A stretch of 63,560 bases of DNA, filler included, from Collodictyon triciliatum (taxonomy: Eukaryota): the NCBI GenBank assembly GCA_043381765.1. It is 19 parts of 19 records of this genome, joined end to end, with 100 filler letters (N's around TTAATTAATTAA, not from the genome) between each part and the next. Parts side by side here need not be neighbours in the genome. Positions count along the whole stretch, not along the records: positions 36,737 to 40,050 come from JBHJMP010007489.1; positions 40,151 to 43,101 come from JBHJMP010007490.1; positions 43,202 to 46,514 come from JBHJMP010007491.1; positions 46,615 to 49,926 come from JBHJMP010007492.1; positions 50,027 to 53,338 come from JBHJMP010007493.1; 14 more parts are not named here. One strand, 5' to 3'. Position 1 is the stretch's first letter. Every line of letters begins with the position of its first letter. Below the pieces are notes generated by a model that made no database searches, was not told where the DNA came from, and was given only the letters and a program-made list of their open reading frames with translations. Positions 36,869-50,730 of the stretch are shown here, in pieces. The translations under genes and the position numbers were made by a program.

Positions 36869-39448
36869 ATGGACGCACGGCTTCATCCGCTGCTGCACCG
36901 GACGGGGCCACGACACGCGGAGGAGGCGGCGGCGGGGCTCGATCGCTGCGCCGGCACGCACGCGGATCGGGTGGCGGAGTGGCTGCCGGAGTTTGAGCTG
37001 CCGACGGGCGGGGCCGAGGGCGGGGTGGCGAAAGCGATGGAGGGGGCGGAGTGGGTGGTGCCTGTGGCTGCGGGGCTGACCCGCTTCACGGCGTACCGGG
37101 TCTTCCCGGCAGAGCCCCGCACGGCGCAGGTGGACTACGATCAGATCCAGCACGCGGCGTTCGTGTGGGAGTTGATCCGGGGGAGGGTGCGGCGGGGCGG
37201 CGGGGCGGATCGGCTGCAGGCTGTGCGCGGCTTCTGCGTGGCGCCGGGCCCTGCGCCGGACGGCCGCCTGTGGGTTCTGTGCGAGGCCGGGCCGCCCTTC
37301 ATCGCGCTCGACCGGCTGCTGCAGCTGGACAGGCTGGAGCCGCTCAACGTGCTGGGGCTGCTTGGCGAGCTGCTTGCGCTGGTCGACGACTTCCACGGGG
37401 CCGCCTGCGCGCTGCACCAGACCGCCGGGCTTTGGCTCGAGTCGCCTCTCGGGCTGCTCCTCACCACCGGCCGCATCCACGTCCGCACTTGTCCGCAGGG
37501 CGGCGTTGCGGTTTGGATCCCCTTTGCCACCCTCTCCCACACCCCGGATTATCTGCAGTCCCATCGCCATTGGTTCCCTTCCGACCACTATCTCGCCTCG
37601 GACCAAAGCTCCCATCTCGACAGCCTCCAGAGTATGCCGTCCTTTGGCCAGCTCTCCGCCTCCCTCGACCCGCTTCTTGTAACAAAGAAAAAACTCCAGG
37701 ACATGTTCTCGGTCGCCCGTATCCTGCGCAAGCTGCTCAACAAGTCGCAAGTCCCCAGCCGTCTGGTGCCCCTCTTCGAAAGGGTCATCGCTGACCTTCA
37801 CAAGTCCGCCACTGGGGATCTCAAAGATATCATCCTCATGGTTAAAGAGGCCGGAAACAGGAATCTACGAAGCATCACACCCCCCAAAGACCCATCTGAC
37901 TTGGTTTCGAGACAATTTGCCTCCATGGGATACCCTCCAGCAACACTCACAAAGTGGTACGAAGGCTTACTCTCTTTGGCCTCCCGAAAGCCAACCGAGG
38001 CTCTTTCAGCATGGAAGAACTGTCAGTTTTTGCCAAAAAGTATTATTCTGCCAACCTTGTCTCAGTACCTGCTTTTCTGTATGTATCCGCATGACAGTCC
38101 TCCACTCGATAAATGTCCTGTGTTGGCGCATTTGGCCCAAGTTCTCAACGCAGACGTGATTACCGAGGTTATGCCCACCCGCATACTCATCAGGAAGATC
38201 CATGAAGCTATCGCTCTAAAACACTCAAATGTGGCCACCCTTGTCCTGGTCTTGGGGGACTTGGTGGATTACTTTTATGGAAGCGCTGAAGTTGAACCAG
38301 CTAGATCACCAATACCAGTTCCTGGAACACCCAGCGTTTTGCGCCTTTGGGTACATGCAGAAGTTGCTCTCCGTAATGCTGGGAGGAATCCCCAGCTCGT
38401 GTCTGAGTTGCCCAGCCTTGCCCGTGCTTTACACGATGTGTTGGAACCAGAACGCACAAAAATCATCAAAGCTGATTGGCCTGTTCTCTACGACGTCCTG
38501 GCTCGTATCATTCAATGTCTCCCTTTTGATCCTTTAAATCGTCAAGACCAGAGACAGCCCGTAAGATACATTGAAAATCTCTACCGCTTGGCAATCCAAA
38601 TGGGTTATACCCCAGCCGCAACTCATCTCGCTCGCTTTCTCATCTACCAAGATGACAGAGTTCCGGGCTCGCTTCTCGCCCATGAAGAATATGACCTCTT
38701 CGTCTGGGCTGCATCTCGTGGGGAGCCTTACGCACAGAGTCAAATCATCCCACAACTTCATCAGGATTCATTGGATTACACACTCGAGGGGCAGCCAGCT
38801 TTATTTGGAAGATATCAACAACTTCTAGTGGATCTAATCGATAATGTCAGATCCTGCAACGACGCGGACGCGCTCTATTTGCTGGCTGTTTATTTGCATG
38901 GTGACAAAAGTCTCAGAGAGCGATTCGGAATCGACCACCGAGCAATTCTCAATATCTTGGAGAGAGCAACAAAGTCCTCTGGAGGCAACACTGGTGCGAT
39001 ATTCATGTTGCCTTTCTTCATCAATCATGAAGCAATAGGCCCTGACTTACGTGTTGGAGAGAATGAATTATTGGCCTTTTTCATGAATGCTTGGGGACGT
39101 GGGGTCGTTGAAGCCGCAATCCCAATAGCAAAACATCACTACCCAACCAACCCTGGTTCGGCCAAACTATGGCTTTCATACGCTGTTGCATACAACGTCC
39201 CATCCGCCTTCTTGCACATGGCGACTATCTGTGAAAGCCTCGGAGAAGAAAGAGAAGCCTTGGAATACTATAACGGCGGTGCAGTTCGCGGTATAGTGGA
39301 TTGCTTCTATCGCCTTGGTGTGGCACATGAAGTCGGCCAACTGGGTCTTCCCGTGGATAGGAGGGAAAGCTTAAAAAACTATCAACTTGCAGCGGCACGC
39401 AATCACCGCGGGGCTATTATCGCTCTGAGAAGGTTCTTTCAGATATAG
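36869..39448 (+). CDS. Intronless 859-aa protein with degenerate kinase-like N-terminus and C-terminal Sel1-like repeats
   Basis: Long ORF. Sel1-like EALEYYNGGAVRGIVDCFYRLGVAHEVGQLGLPVDRRESLKNYQLAAARNHRGA. Weak kinase-fold echoes (LQAVRGFC..LWVLCE; LQDMFSVARIL). Confidence 0.82.
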   Translation: MDARLHPLLHRTGPRHAEEAAAGLDRCAGTHADRVAEWLPEFELPTGGAEGGVAKAMEGAEWVVPVAAGLTRFTAYRVFPAEPRTAQVDYDQIQHAAFVWELIRGRVRRGGGADRLQAVRGFCVAPGPAPDGRLWVLCEAGPPFIALDRLLQLDRLEPLNVLGLLGELLALVDDFHGAACALHQTAGLWLESPLGLLLTTGRIHVRTCPQGGVAVWIPFATLSHTPDYLQSHRHWFPSDHYLASDQSSHLDSLQSMPSFGQLSASLDPLLVTKKKLQDMFSVARILRKLLNKSQVPSRLVPLFERVIADLHKSATGDLKDIILMVKEAGNRNLRSITPPKDPSDLVSRQFASMGYPPATLTKWYEGLLSLASRKPTEALSAWKNCQFLPKSIILPTLSQYLLFCMYPHDSPPLDKCPVLAHLAQVLNADVITEVMPTRILIRKIHEAIALKHSNVATLVLVLGDLVDYFYGSAEVEPARSPIPVPGTPSVLRLWVHAEVALRNAGRNPQLVSELPSLARALHDVLEPERTKIIKADWPVLYDVLARIIQCLPFDPLNRQDQRQPVRYIENLYRLAIQMGYTPAATHLARFLIYQDDRVPGSLLAHEEYDLFVWAASRGEPYAQSQIIPQLHQDSLDYTLEGQPALFGRYQQLLVDLIDNVRSCNDADALYLLAVYLHGDKSLRERFGIDHRAILNILERATKSSGGNTGAIFMLPFFINHEAIGPDLRVGENELLAFFMNAWGRGVVEAAIPIAKHHYPTNPGSAKLWLSYAVAYNVPSAFLHMATICESLGEEREALEYYNGGAVRGIVDCFYRLGVAHEVGQLGLPVDRRESLKNYQLAAARNHRGAIIALRRFFQI

Positions 39449-39964
39449 TTATGTATTGTATTTGTGCTTGAACTTGTATTTTAGAAGAAGATGAAGAAGA
39501 AGAAAATGAACCCCTGGAAGAGTAAAGGAAAACTCTAAGATATTATTATAATATTATTTGTCTAGTCCCAAGTTTTCGTTTGTTTGCTGTGAAATATATT
39601 CATCACTTCAAAGTATAATATTTATTGATTATGCATGTTTTTTTTTTTCTGCACAGATGCCAGCTCAAATAGAGCTTCTGGTTTATTTTTTTTTCTGCAA
39701 TCTGATTCATGAGTCATGTCGCTCTCTCACAAAAGAAAAGAAAAGGCATCACGTTTCAAAGGATTGTCGGTGTGTTTTTTCATGACCCCAGATAATGAAA
39801 CAATAAATCTCACCCGACAGGATGGTTCTATATCTAACATATATCTTCGTCATTTATTCACTTGGTCGTATAAGTAGAGGGAAATTTATTTTCGCATCAG
39901 TAGCCTAGTTTCGATTGTTTCCTGCTTTGTTTCTTGGTTTGCTTTCAATTGTTTTTTGTTTTTT

Positions 39965-40050
<86 letters not shown>

Positions 40051-40150
40051 NNNNNNNNNNNNNNNNNNNNNNNNNNNNNNNNNNNNNNNNNNNNTTAATT
40101 AATTAANNNNNNNNNNNNNNNNNNNNNNNNNNNNNNNNNNNNNNNNNNNN

Positions 40151-42951
<2,801 letters not shown>

Positions 42952-43201
42952 CTGACGGTTGGAAAGTTGATTTGTTTGGCTTTTTTTCTTGGTTTTTTCT
43001 TGGTTATTTGTTTTTTGTTTTTTGTTTTTTGTTTTTTGTTTTTTGTTTTTTGTTTTTTGTTTTTTGTTTTTTGTTTTTTGTTTTTTGTTTTTTGTTTTTT
43101 GNNNNNNNNNNNNNNNNNNNNNNNNNNNNNNNNNNNNNNNNNNNNTTAATTAATTAANNNNNNNNNNNNNNNNNNNNNNNNNNNNNNNNNNNNNNNNNNN
43201 N

Positions 43202-43519
43202 CCTCGTGCAATACAGCTTCCTGAACAGCCTGCTGAAACACGCCCGCATTCTTCGCTACTCTGACCGCAAGCGAAGAGAGATGTGGGAATGTGTCGTGCG
43301 AAATCTCCCACAGCATATCCAACCCCTGCTACCCACACAACCAATCAACCAGTTGGGTCGCCCACCTGACCAGCTCGCTATCGCTGATTTCTTTCCAGTG
43401 CTAACTTCTTCACGGTAGTGTCTTCCCCTACTCGCGTTTGTTCTACCATGCGCACCCATCTCGCCCCTTTGTATGGCATAACCTCGCTACACTTTGAATC
43501 GAATAAAGGGAAAAAAAAA
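43202..43519 (+). mobile_element. L1/Tx1-like LINE subfamily B, ORF2 end, 3' UTR and poly(A)
   Basis: VQYSFLNSLLKHARILRYSDRKRREMW...LAIADFF aligns by eye with subfamily A IQISFLNSFLRHLHVLYYSDPVRRDMW...LLITDYF. Ends gaataaagggaaaaaaaaa. Confidence 0.85.
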
Positions 43520-43645
43520 CTATTATTATTCGTTTCAAAGAGCCCGCTCCATCTTATTATTAGGTTGTTGTACTCACGGGGCAGGGCTGCGGCGCCGGTC
43601 TCCTGGTAGGTGGTCTCGTGCTTCTCGGGATCCCTCTTTCCGATC
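43520..43645 (-). repeat. Second copy of repeat 'C' (internally deleted)
   Basis: Homologous to 27040-27306 but lacks about 145 bp between tactcacggg and cagggctg. Confidence 0.75.
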
Positions 43646-44102
43646 GTTTGCTTGCTTTTTGCTTTTCGTTTTTCGTTTTTCGTTTTTCGTTTTTTTTTTC
43701 CGGCTTCAGAATGCAGCGATTTGGGAGAAGGAAAGAACCCCAGTTTGATGATATTATTTGTAGAGAGTGTGTGTCCTTTGTCTCTTTCAGTGTTTATTAT
43801 TCCTCAGCAAAAGAGACTTATTCTTATTCAGTATGGCTTTTTTCCCTATTTTTCTCGTTGCTCTGAAGTCTGTCTCTCTCAGTGCGATCACCACGTTTCT
43901 TCATGTTTGTGGGGCATAGGATAGTTCAGCCTTTGGGAATTTTCTTGACACAAACAAACAAACAAACAAACAAACAAACAAACAAACAAACAAACAAACA
44001 AACAAACAAACAAACAAACTCTGCAAATTTATTGCATTCAATTCTGTTCACAAAGAATAGTAAGAAAAAAAAGAAAAGAACAAAATAATTATAATTATAA
44101 TT

Positions 44103-44205
<103 letters not shown>

Positions 44206-44240
44206 TAACAATAACAATAAACAAGGAGAAGCATAATTCT

Positions 44241-46062
44241 ATGGATGCGCCAACTCCCATATTATGCCAAGCGCTTCTCAAGTGCGCAAGGGAGCTGGAG
44301 CCGTCATTAGAAAGAGAGGCAGCCAGAATAGCACGTTTTGCACAATGTGGACTTCACCAAACCTTTAGACTCGTCGACACTCTCAAGCCAAAGAAAGAGA
44401 CAAAAGCAGAGTGTGAGCAATGCAAGGAAACAGACGGGGCCACACTGGCCTCTGCTGCAGAGGGAGATGAGAGCGACGAAGAAAGCAAGGACGAGGACTT
44501 GGACCTCAGCGAAGAGGAATCTGCAGCAGTCACAAAGGCCATGGCCGATCCTGCCGTTTCTTGGGGCTTGAGTGCCCGTGTGGAGGATCAACTGGAGCGC
44601 ATCCCACAGTTTCTGGCGCTGTATGCGGCGGCATTGGACATCCTCGAGCAGCCTGGCGATGCGATGGACATGATTGCGAGAACCATTGATAGGTTGGAGA
44701 GTTGGAGCAATGACCTTCGTGCAGCACACCCTCGAGCTATTTGCATGATTATCCTCGCAACTGCACTCTTTACTTTTGCAAATGCCGCCCGTGAGGAGGA
44801 AGGAAGCGAGCAGACGATTGGTCAACTGGATAAGGCATTGGGAATACTCAATGATGTCCCTCGAGAAGAGGAGAAGGTTTGCTTGTTATCCTCATCAATA
44901 CATAATCACCTGCTCTTTAGTAGTATCTTTTATCGCGCAAAAAGAAAAAAATCAACATAATATTATTTAGAACGAACATGTGCTAACTCAAAGTAGTTGC
45001 AACTTTATATCGACTGCAGAAGTTTTTACAATAATAATGATAATAATAAAATCTGATTGAATGCTCCTCTCCGTAGCCTCGTGTCGCCCGGGTCAAGTCC
45101 CAAATTATGGCGTCTAAATTTATCATATTTTTTTCTGATAAAAAAGCGAGGGAAACAGCCACTCAGTACTTGGACATCCAAGCTCTAATAAAAGAGTGCG
45201 TTATATTTAGGGAATCTGTAAGTCTTTCTTTTTATCAAAATATGCTAGGTGTAGATTTAATCTGAGTAGTTTAACATCGATACTTAATCATAGGACGTAG
45301 AAGAGTTCCAGCAAATCGAAGAAGCAAATATAACGTGCCTCATTACTCTTCTGGGTGCTCCTCAGAAACTCAAGGAGGAGATACTTGACCACTTTGGAGT
45401 GAAGAAGGAAGAAATTCAGAGAGCCTTGAAAATGGTCTCTGATGTTGTTCAGGCTGAAGTAATTTTACTTTGTTTCGATTCTTAATATATGATGTGAGAT
45501 GTACTTTTTTTTTCTCACCCTGATCCGAGGCATCTAATGGTCGAATTGGATTGAATATATACAGGAGAATGAATCTAATTTCAAAGCACAGAATTGAAAG
45601 CGAAATATTATCTTCGTGCACTCAAAGCCTTCTTTTTTTTTCTTCTTCTTCTTTTTTTCTTTTTGGAAAATTCCAACAGGAAAGTGCAGAAAAAGTAGGC
45701 AAGGAGGCTGACAAAAGGCAATTAGATACAATACCAGCAGACGAGCTAGGAAAGAAACCAAAGTTAGATAAACCCGAGGTAGAACTCTTTATTGAATATA
45801 ATTTCCTTCTCCATACAAATAATCAAATAATAATCATATTTTTTCTTCGAATCATCATTTGTTATCATGCCTTTCGTATTGGCGTGGTAGTGCAATGGGA
45901 AGGAATCGGGAGAAGGTCAGCCAGAATGCAAACAACAGTGATTATGCTATGGGTTCCTTAGACAAATGTCGCTGCTTAGATAACGACTGTTTTGATGGTT
46001 CCTTGCTAACTTTCGCGTTTCCACAGACCAATAAACTTGGAAATGAGCTTCGGCTAGTCTAG
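44241..46062 (+). CDS. Multi-exon helical protein with acidic tract and C-terminal basic NLS-like motif; function unknown
   Basis: The large first exon (EGDESDEESKDEDLDLSEEE) splices in frame via GT-AG to further exons ending KRQLDTIPADELGKKPKL. The last exon is tentative. Confidence 0.65.
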
Positions 46063-46832
46063 AAAAGCAGCGTGTCGGTGGCGTCATCCTTTTCGCAGAA
46101 GAAAGGAGAACGCCACACAGCGCAGATGACACTAGGGTTTCAGTGCACGAGGGTTGCTTGTGTCTTTGCCCATTATTTCCACATGCGGGATTGCGAAGTG
46201 TTGATCAGATTCACTATTTTGAAGCAGTGTGGTGATTGCGGATTCCTCTTTTCAGATTTGTGTGTGTCGTGAACCGAGGAAAGAAAAGAGAAGAACTTCG
46301 AAGGGGAGGCGAAGGAGCGAGTTTCTGATCGCCGCGATAACCCTTTCCAACTCGTATGTGTGCCTGTTTGACTGCACGACTCGTTAATAGATCCATTTTC
46401 CATTTTTCACTTTTCATCTTTTTCTTTTCTTTTCTTTTCTTTTCTTTTCTTTTCTTTTCTTTTCTTTTCTTTTCTTTTCTTTTCTTTTCTTTTCTTTTCT
46501 TTTCTTTTCTTTTCNNNNNNNNNNNNNNNNNNNNNNNNNNNNNNNNNNNNNNNNNNNNTTAATTAATTAANNNNNNNNNNNNNNNNNNNNNNNNNNNNNN
46601 NNNNNNNNNNNNNNTTTTTTTTTTTTTTTTTTTTTTTTTTGTTTTTTTTTTTTTTTTTTTTTTTTTTTGGTTTTTTGGTTTTCTCTCACTTGTCTCATAT
46701 TATGTTTTATTTATGCAACAAAAGACGTGATGCCCATAACCATGCCAAATAATTACGGTTGAATAGTTCGTTTTTCTTTGTCCTGGGTAAAACAAGCCCT
46801 TAATACCATTCTATACTTTCATAATCCCGTAG

Positions 46833-47408
46833 GAAGCTCTGACAACAACAATCCAGCGGGCTGACTTGGATATCCGCAAAACTCTCTACTCTAACATTAC
46901 CCTATCAGGCGGCTCTACGCTCTTCCAAGGTTGTTTTTTTATATTAGTGAAACATATTAATAATAAATAAATGCATAAAAAAATCCACCTTTTTTTGGTT
47001 TTCATTTAGTGACTGTCTTGTCTATATTTATGATTGATTTTGCTTTTGATTTTTTCCAAAAAAAAAAAAAATGAAAAGAAATCGTCCAAGGCGATTAATT
47101 TATTAATTTGCTTGTTTTATGTTAAAAAAATATTAAAAAAAAAAATAAAGGAGATAAAGTAAAGGAATGACAATGATGAATGTAATCGCCGTATATGCAT
47201 AGGCTACGGCGACCGACTCCTGAGCGAAGTGCGCAAACTTGCGCCCGAAGACATCAAAATCCGCATTTCCGCCCCGCCAGAGCGACGCTTTCTGACGTGG
47301 AACGGCGGGTCGATTCTCGCGTCGGTGGGGACTTTCAAGCGGATGTGGATTACGGCGGAGCAATACAAGGATTCGGGGCCGTCGATTCTGCACCGGAATC
47401 CGTTTTAA
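46833..47408 (+). CDS. ARP1: Actin-related protein 1 (centractin), last two exons
   Basis: [63 protein letters not shown]. RLLSEVxKLAPxDxKIRISAP is Arp1-like rather than conventional actin. Confidence 0.85.
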
Positions 47409-47482
47409 AGCCGGCACGCAGAGGCGCATCGCTCTTCGCTTTTGATGTCCGCTGCACGGGCGGTGTTTTCCAAGAGAAGAAA

Positions 47483-47513
<31 letters not shown>

Positions 47514-47682
47514 GTGTGGGATAGGTTCGTAAATGAGTCACAGAGCGGGAGGAAATAAAGAGAGACAGAAGGAGGCAACGGCGCGTGCATCTACGCGTTC
47601 GTTGGTTTTTGCTGTGGGCGGTAATATTCTTTGGTTTTCTTTTGTTTAATGAAGGGTTCGGGTCAGTCCTCCCGGCACTCTG

Positions 47683-49781
47683 TTAATATTGGACGTCAAG
47701 CGCGCGGTCGATGGTGACGGAGTAGAGAAGTCCGCCGAGAGACGAACCAAACATCGGCCCCAGAATGTAAATCCAGAAGCCACCGCGAGGTCCGGGGATG
47801 GCAATCTGGAGAGGATGGGGCATGATGTGATGTAATGTGATGTGATGTGATGTGATGTGATGTGATGTGATGTGATGTGATGTGATGTGATGTGATGTGA
47901 TGTGATGTGATGTGATGTGATGTGATGTGATGTGATGTGACGTGATGCGATATAATGTGATGTGACGTACGTCGCCCCAGCCGGACATAGCAGCCACCAG
48001 ACGAGGGCCAAAGTCACGGGCAGGGTTCCATCCAGCCTGGGTCAAAGGAGCATAGATGGCAATCAAGACAGAGACAGTCATGCCGATCATATATGGGGCC
48101 CAATCGTGGCGGTTTAAGGCTGTGTGATTAGCAGTATATTTTATGTCAATTGTATGTCTGAATCAGCACAATTTTAGTTTTCCCATATTATTTCCCCAGG
48201 TGTAGATATATAAAGATGAAAAGAAAGAGAAAAATGTCGTCTGCTGTGTATTCTACAGTACTTTTGTTGCGCTTGTCCGTCAGAGCGAAGATCAAAAAGG
48301 TTAGAATACCAGTTCCCCACGCTTCGATGCAGAATCCTCCAAAGACGCTGATATGGCCATTTGTTTCGTTTTGAATGTGTGTTTGATATCCATGATATTA
48401 TTTTTTTTAAAAAAAAAATAATTAAGATTTTATGGTTACATGAAAAAAAGAATAGGGAGAATAAACTAGAGTAGTATCTTTTCTGGACTGGGTTTACCTC
48501 ATCAAATCTTCATAGTTATCACTGCCATCATCAAAGGCGGGGTTTGGGAAGTATTCACCAAATACCATGGCGGAGCGAACAGATTCGGAGCTTCCTCGAT
48601 CGATGTTATTCTTTCTGTAGTTTCATGGATGATTATTTGTTGCATTAACAATTTTTTTTTCCTTTATTCGATTCAAAGATTTGTTGCATTAACAATAATC
48701 AATTACATAAGGAAGTAGTTGTATTATTTTATTTTTATTACCATTTTTCTTAAACTTTTTATTATAAAAATGTAATCATCCAAAAAAAAGTTAAACGAAT
48801 AATCCACGTTGAAGCAGCAGTATTTTTCTTTTGTAGTATACCTCTCAAAATGGGTGATGAACTTCTCATAGATCAAGAAATTGCATGCACCTCCAAGGAA
48901 ACCGCCAAGCAACTGAGAGGCCTGCAGGATGAAAGGTCGAATGAGAGAAGAAGAAGAAAAAGACAAATACCACGTAGATAAACAACATTAGAAAATATTA
49001 TCAATAACCAGTGGAGCTTAGAGATGAAACCCACTGCAAAGTGATAGTTTTGGTTTGAAATAAAGTAAGCATATGGAGCTTGTCCCACCCCCAGATGAGT
49101 GCGCACTCACCCAGTATCTCAAGAGCTTCTTGGCAGGAAAATCATTTGGGCGATACAAAAACATGGCCAAGGAAACGGCCGGGTTCAAATGTCCGCCCGA
49201 GACTGACCCGGTGAAGTAGACAGCCAAAGCAACACCGACACCCCACACAATGGCCACCTGAATATTACAAACAGATACATGACTTCAACCAAAGCAGATG
49301 AGAAATTACTAGTGAAAATGAAAAATGACAAATGAAAAATGAAAAATGAAAAATGACAAATGACAAATGACAAATGACAAATGAAAAATGAAAAATGAAA
49401 AATGAAAAATGAAAAATGAAAAATGAAAAATGAAAAATGAAAAATGACAAATGACAAATGACAAATGACAAATGACAAATGACAAATGACAAATGACAAA
49501 TGACAAACACACAGACACTTCAATATATATAACTTCCTCGTCAAGCAAACCTGCCAAATGCCCGTGGCTGCGCCCATCAAGACGGCCGCACAGACAGAAC
49601 CACCGCCGGTGAGGACGATGAACTGCGTGCCGAGAAGTTCTGCGCCGCACTCGTACCAGGTCTCGCTGACGTGGCGGAAGCAGTTGTCGTAGGCGGGTGG
49701 AGACTGGTTGGCCGCTTCGACGCGGGGTGTGCTGACTTGCAGTGTCTCAAAGTGGTCCGATTCGCCCTGTGCTTGGGACAT
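47683..49781 (-). CDS. Aquaglyceroporin (MIP/GlpF-like), complete, multi-exon
   Basis: SGGHLNPAVS and GWNPARDFGPR (NPARD is the glyceroporin signature), plus FGEYFPNP and FWIYILGPMFG. Confidence 0.95.
48653..48678 (-). mobile_element. 26-nt LINE subfamily B stub with 18-bp TSD in an aquaglyceroporin intron
   Basis: Insert ctttgaatcgaataaaggaaaaaaaa matches 43491-43519. It is flanked by atttgttgcattaacaat at 48635-48652 and 48679-48696. Confidence 0.88.
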
Positions 49782-49860
49782 TCTGCTCCAATTGTGCAGC
49801 AATAAAGTAAATAATAGAGAGCGACTTTGTCACTGTTCTGTTTTTTGTTGTATTTTTTTT

Positions 49861-49926
<66 letters not shown>

Positions 49927-50026
49927 NNNNNNNNNNNNNNNNNNNNNNNNNNNNNNNNNNNNNNNNNNNNTTAATTAATTAANNNNNNNNNNNNNNNNNN
50001 NNNNNNNNNNNNNNNNNNNNNNNNNN

Positions 50027-50085
<59 letters not shown>

Positions 50086-50730
50086 CAACTTAAGGTCACG
50101 GCTTCTCTACTGAGCAGAGATTTTAGAAAGAAAAAAAAGAAGAAAAATAGGTGAAAATGAAAAGGGAAACTAGAGTGGGGACTAACATGGGTTACCTAGC
50201 CTGCCACCACAATAACTGAAACTTTCCCTGATACATGTCTCTTTGCAGAACACTACATACACAACATATGTATTTTGCTTAAACCTACATCTTGATTCTA
50301 TAACATCGTGTGCAAGTATGCATAATATGATTGCACAATTTTATTCTGGCGAGAGGCTTTTCTTTCAAATCATCATCTTCCACCACCATGTCCTTCTACT
50401 ACCGTTAAAATTTTGAAAATAAGGAGGGGCATTGAATCTGCTTCCCAACTATTGAAACATTTAAGTTGATGCGAAAATGATATCATCTCCGGAAAAGAGT
50501 CTAGTCTAGTATCTCATTCACTCACTTTTTTCTTTGATGCTACACTCTCATAATACACCTTGTAAAATTGGCCTGCTATGATACTCAATGCAATATGCTC
50601 CACAAAATAGTTTTGTAGTCCTGATTCATCTCGGCATGGCCAAACGCAATATTGATAAACCCCCAAGTAAGGTGAAGGAAAACATTCTGGCAACACATGA
50701 TGATGCGATTCCCCAGAGTTCCTCTCAAGT

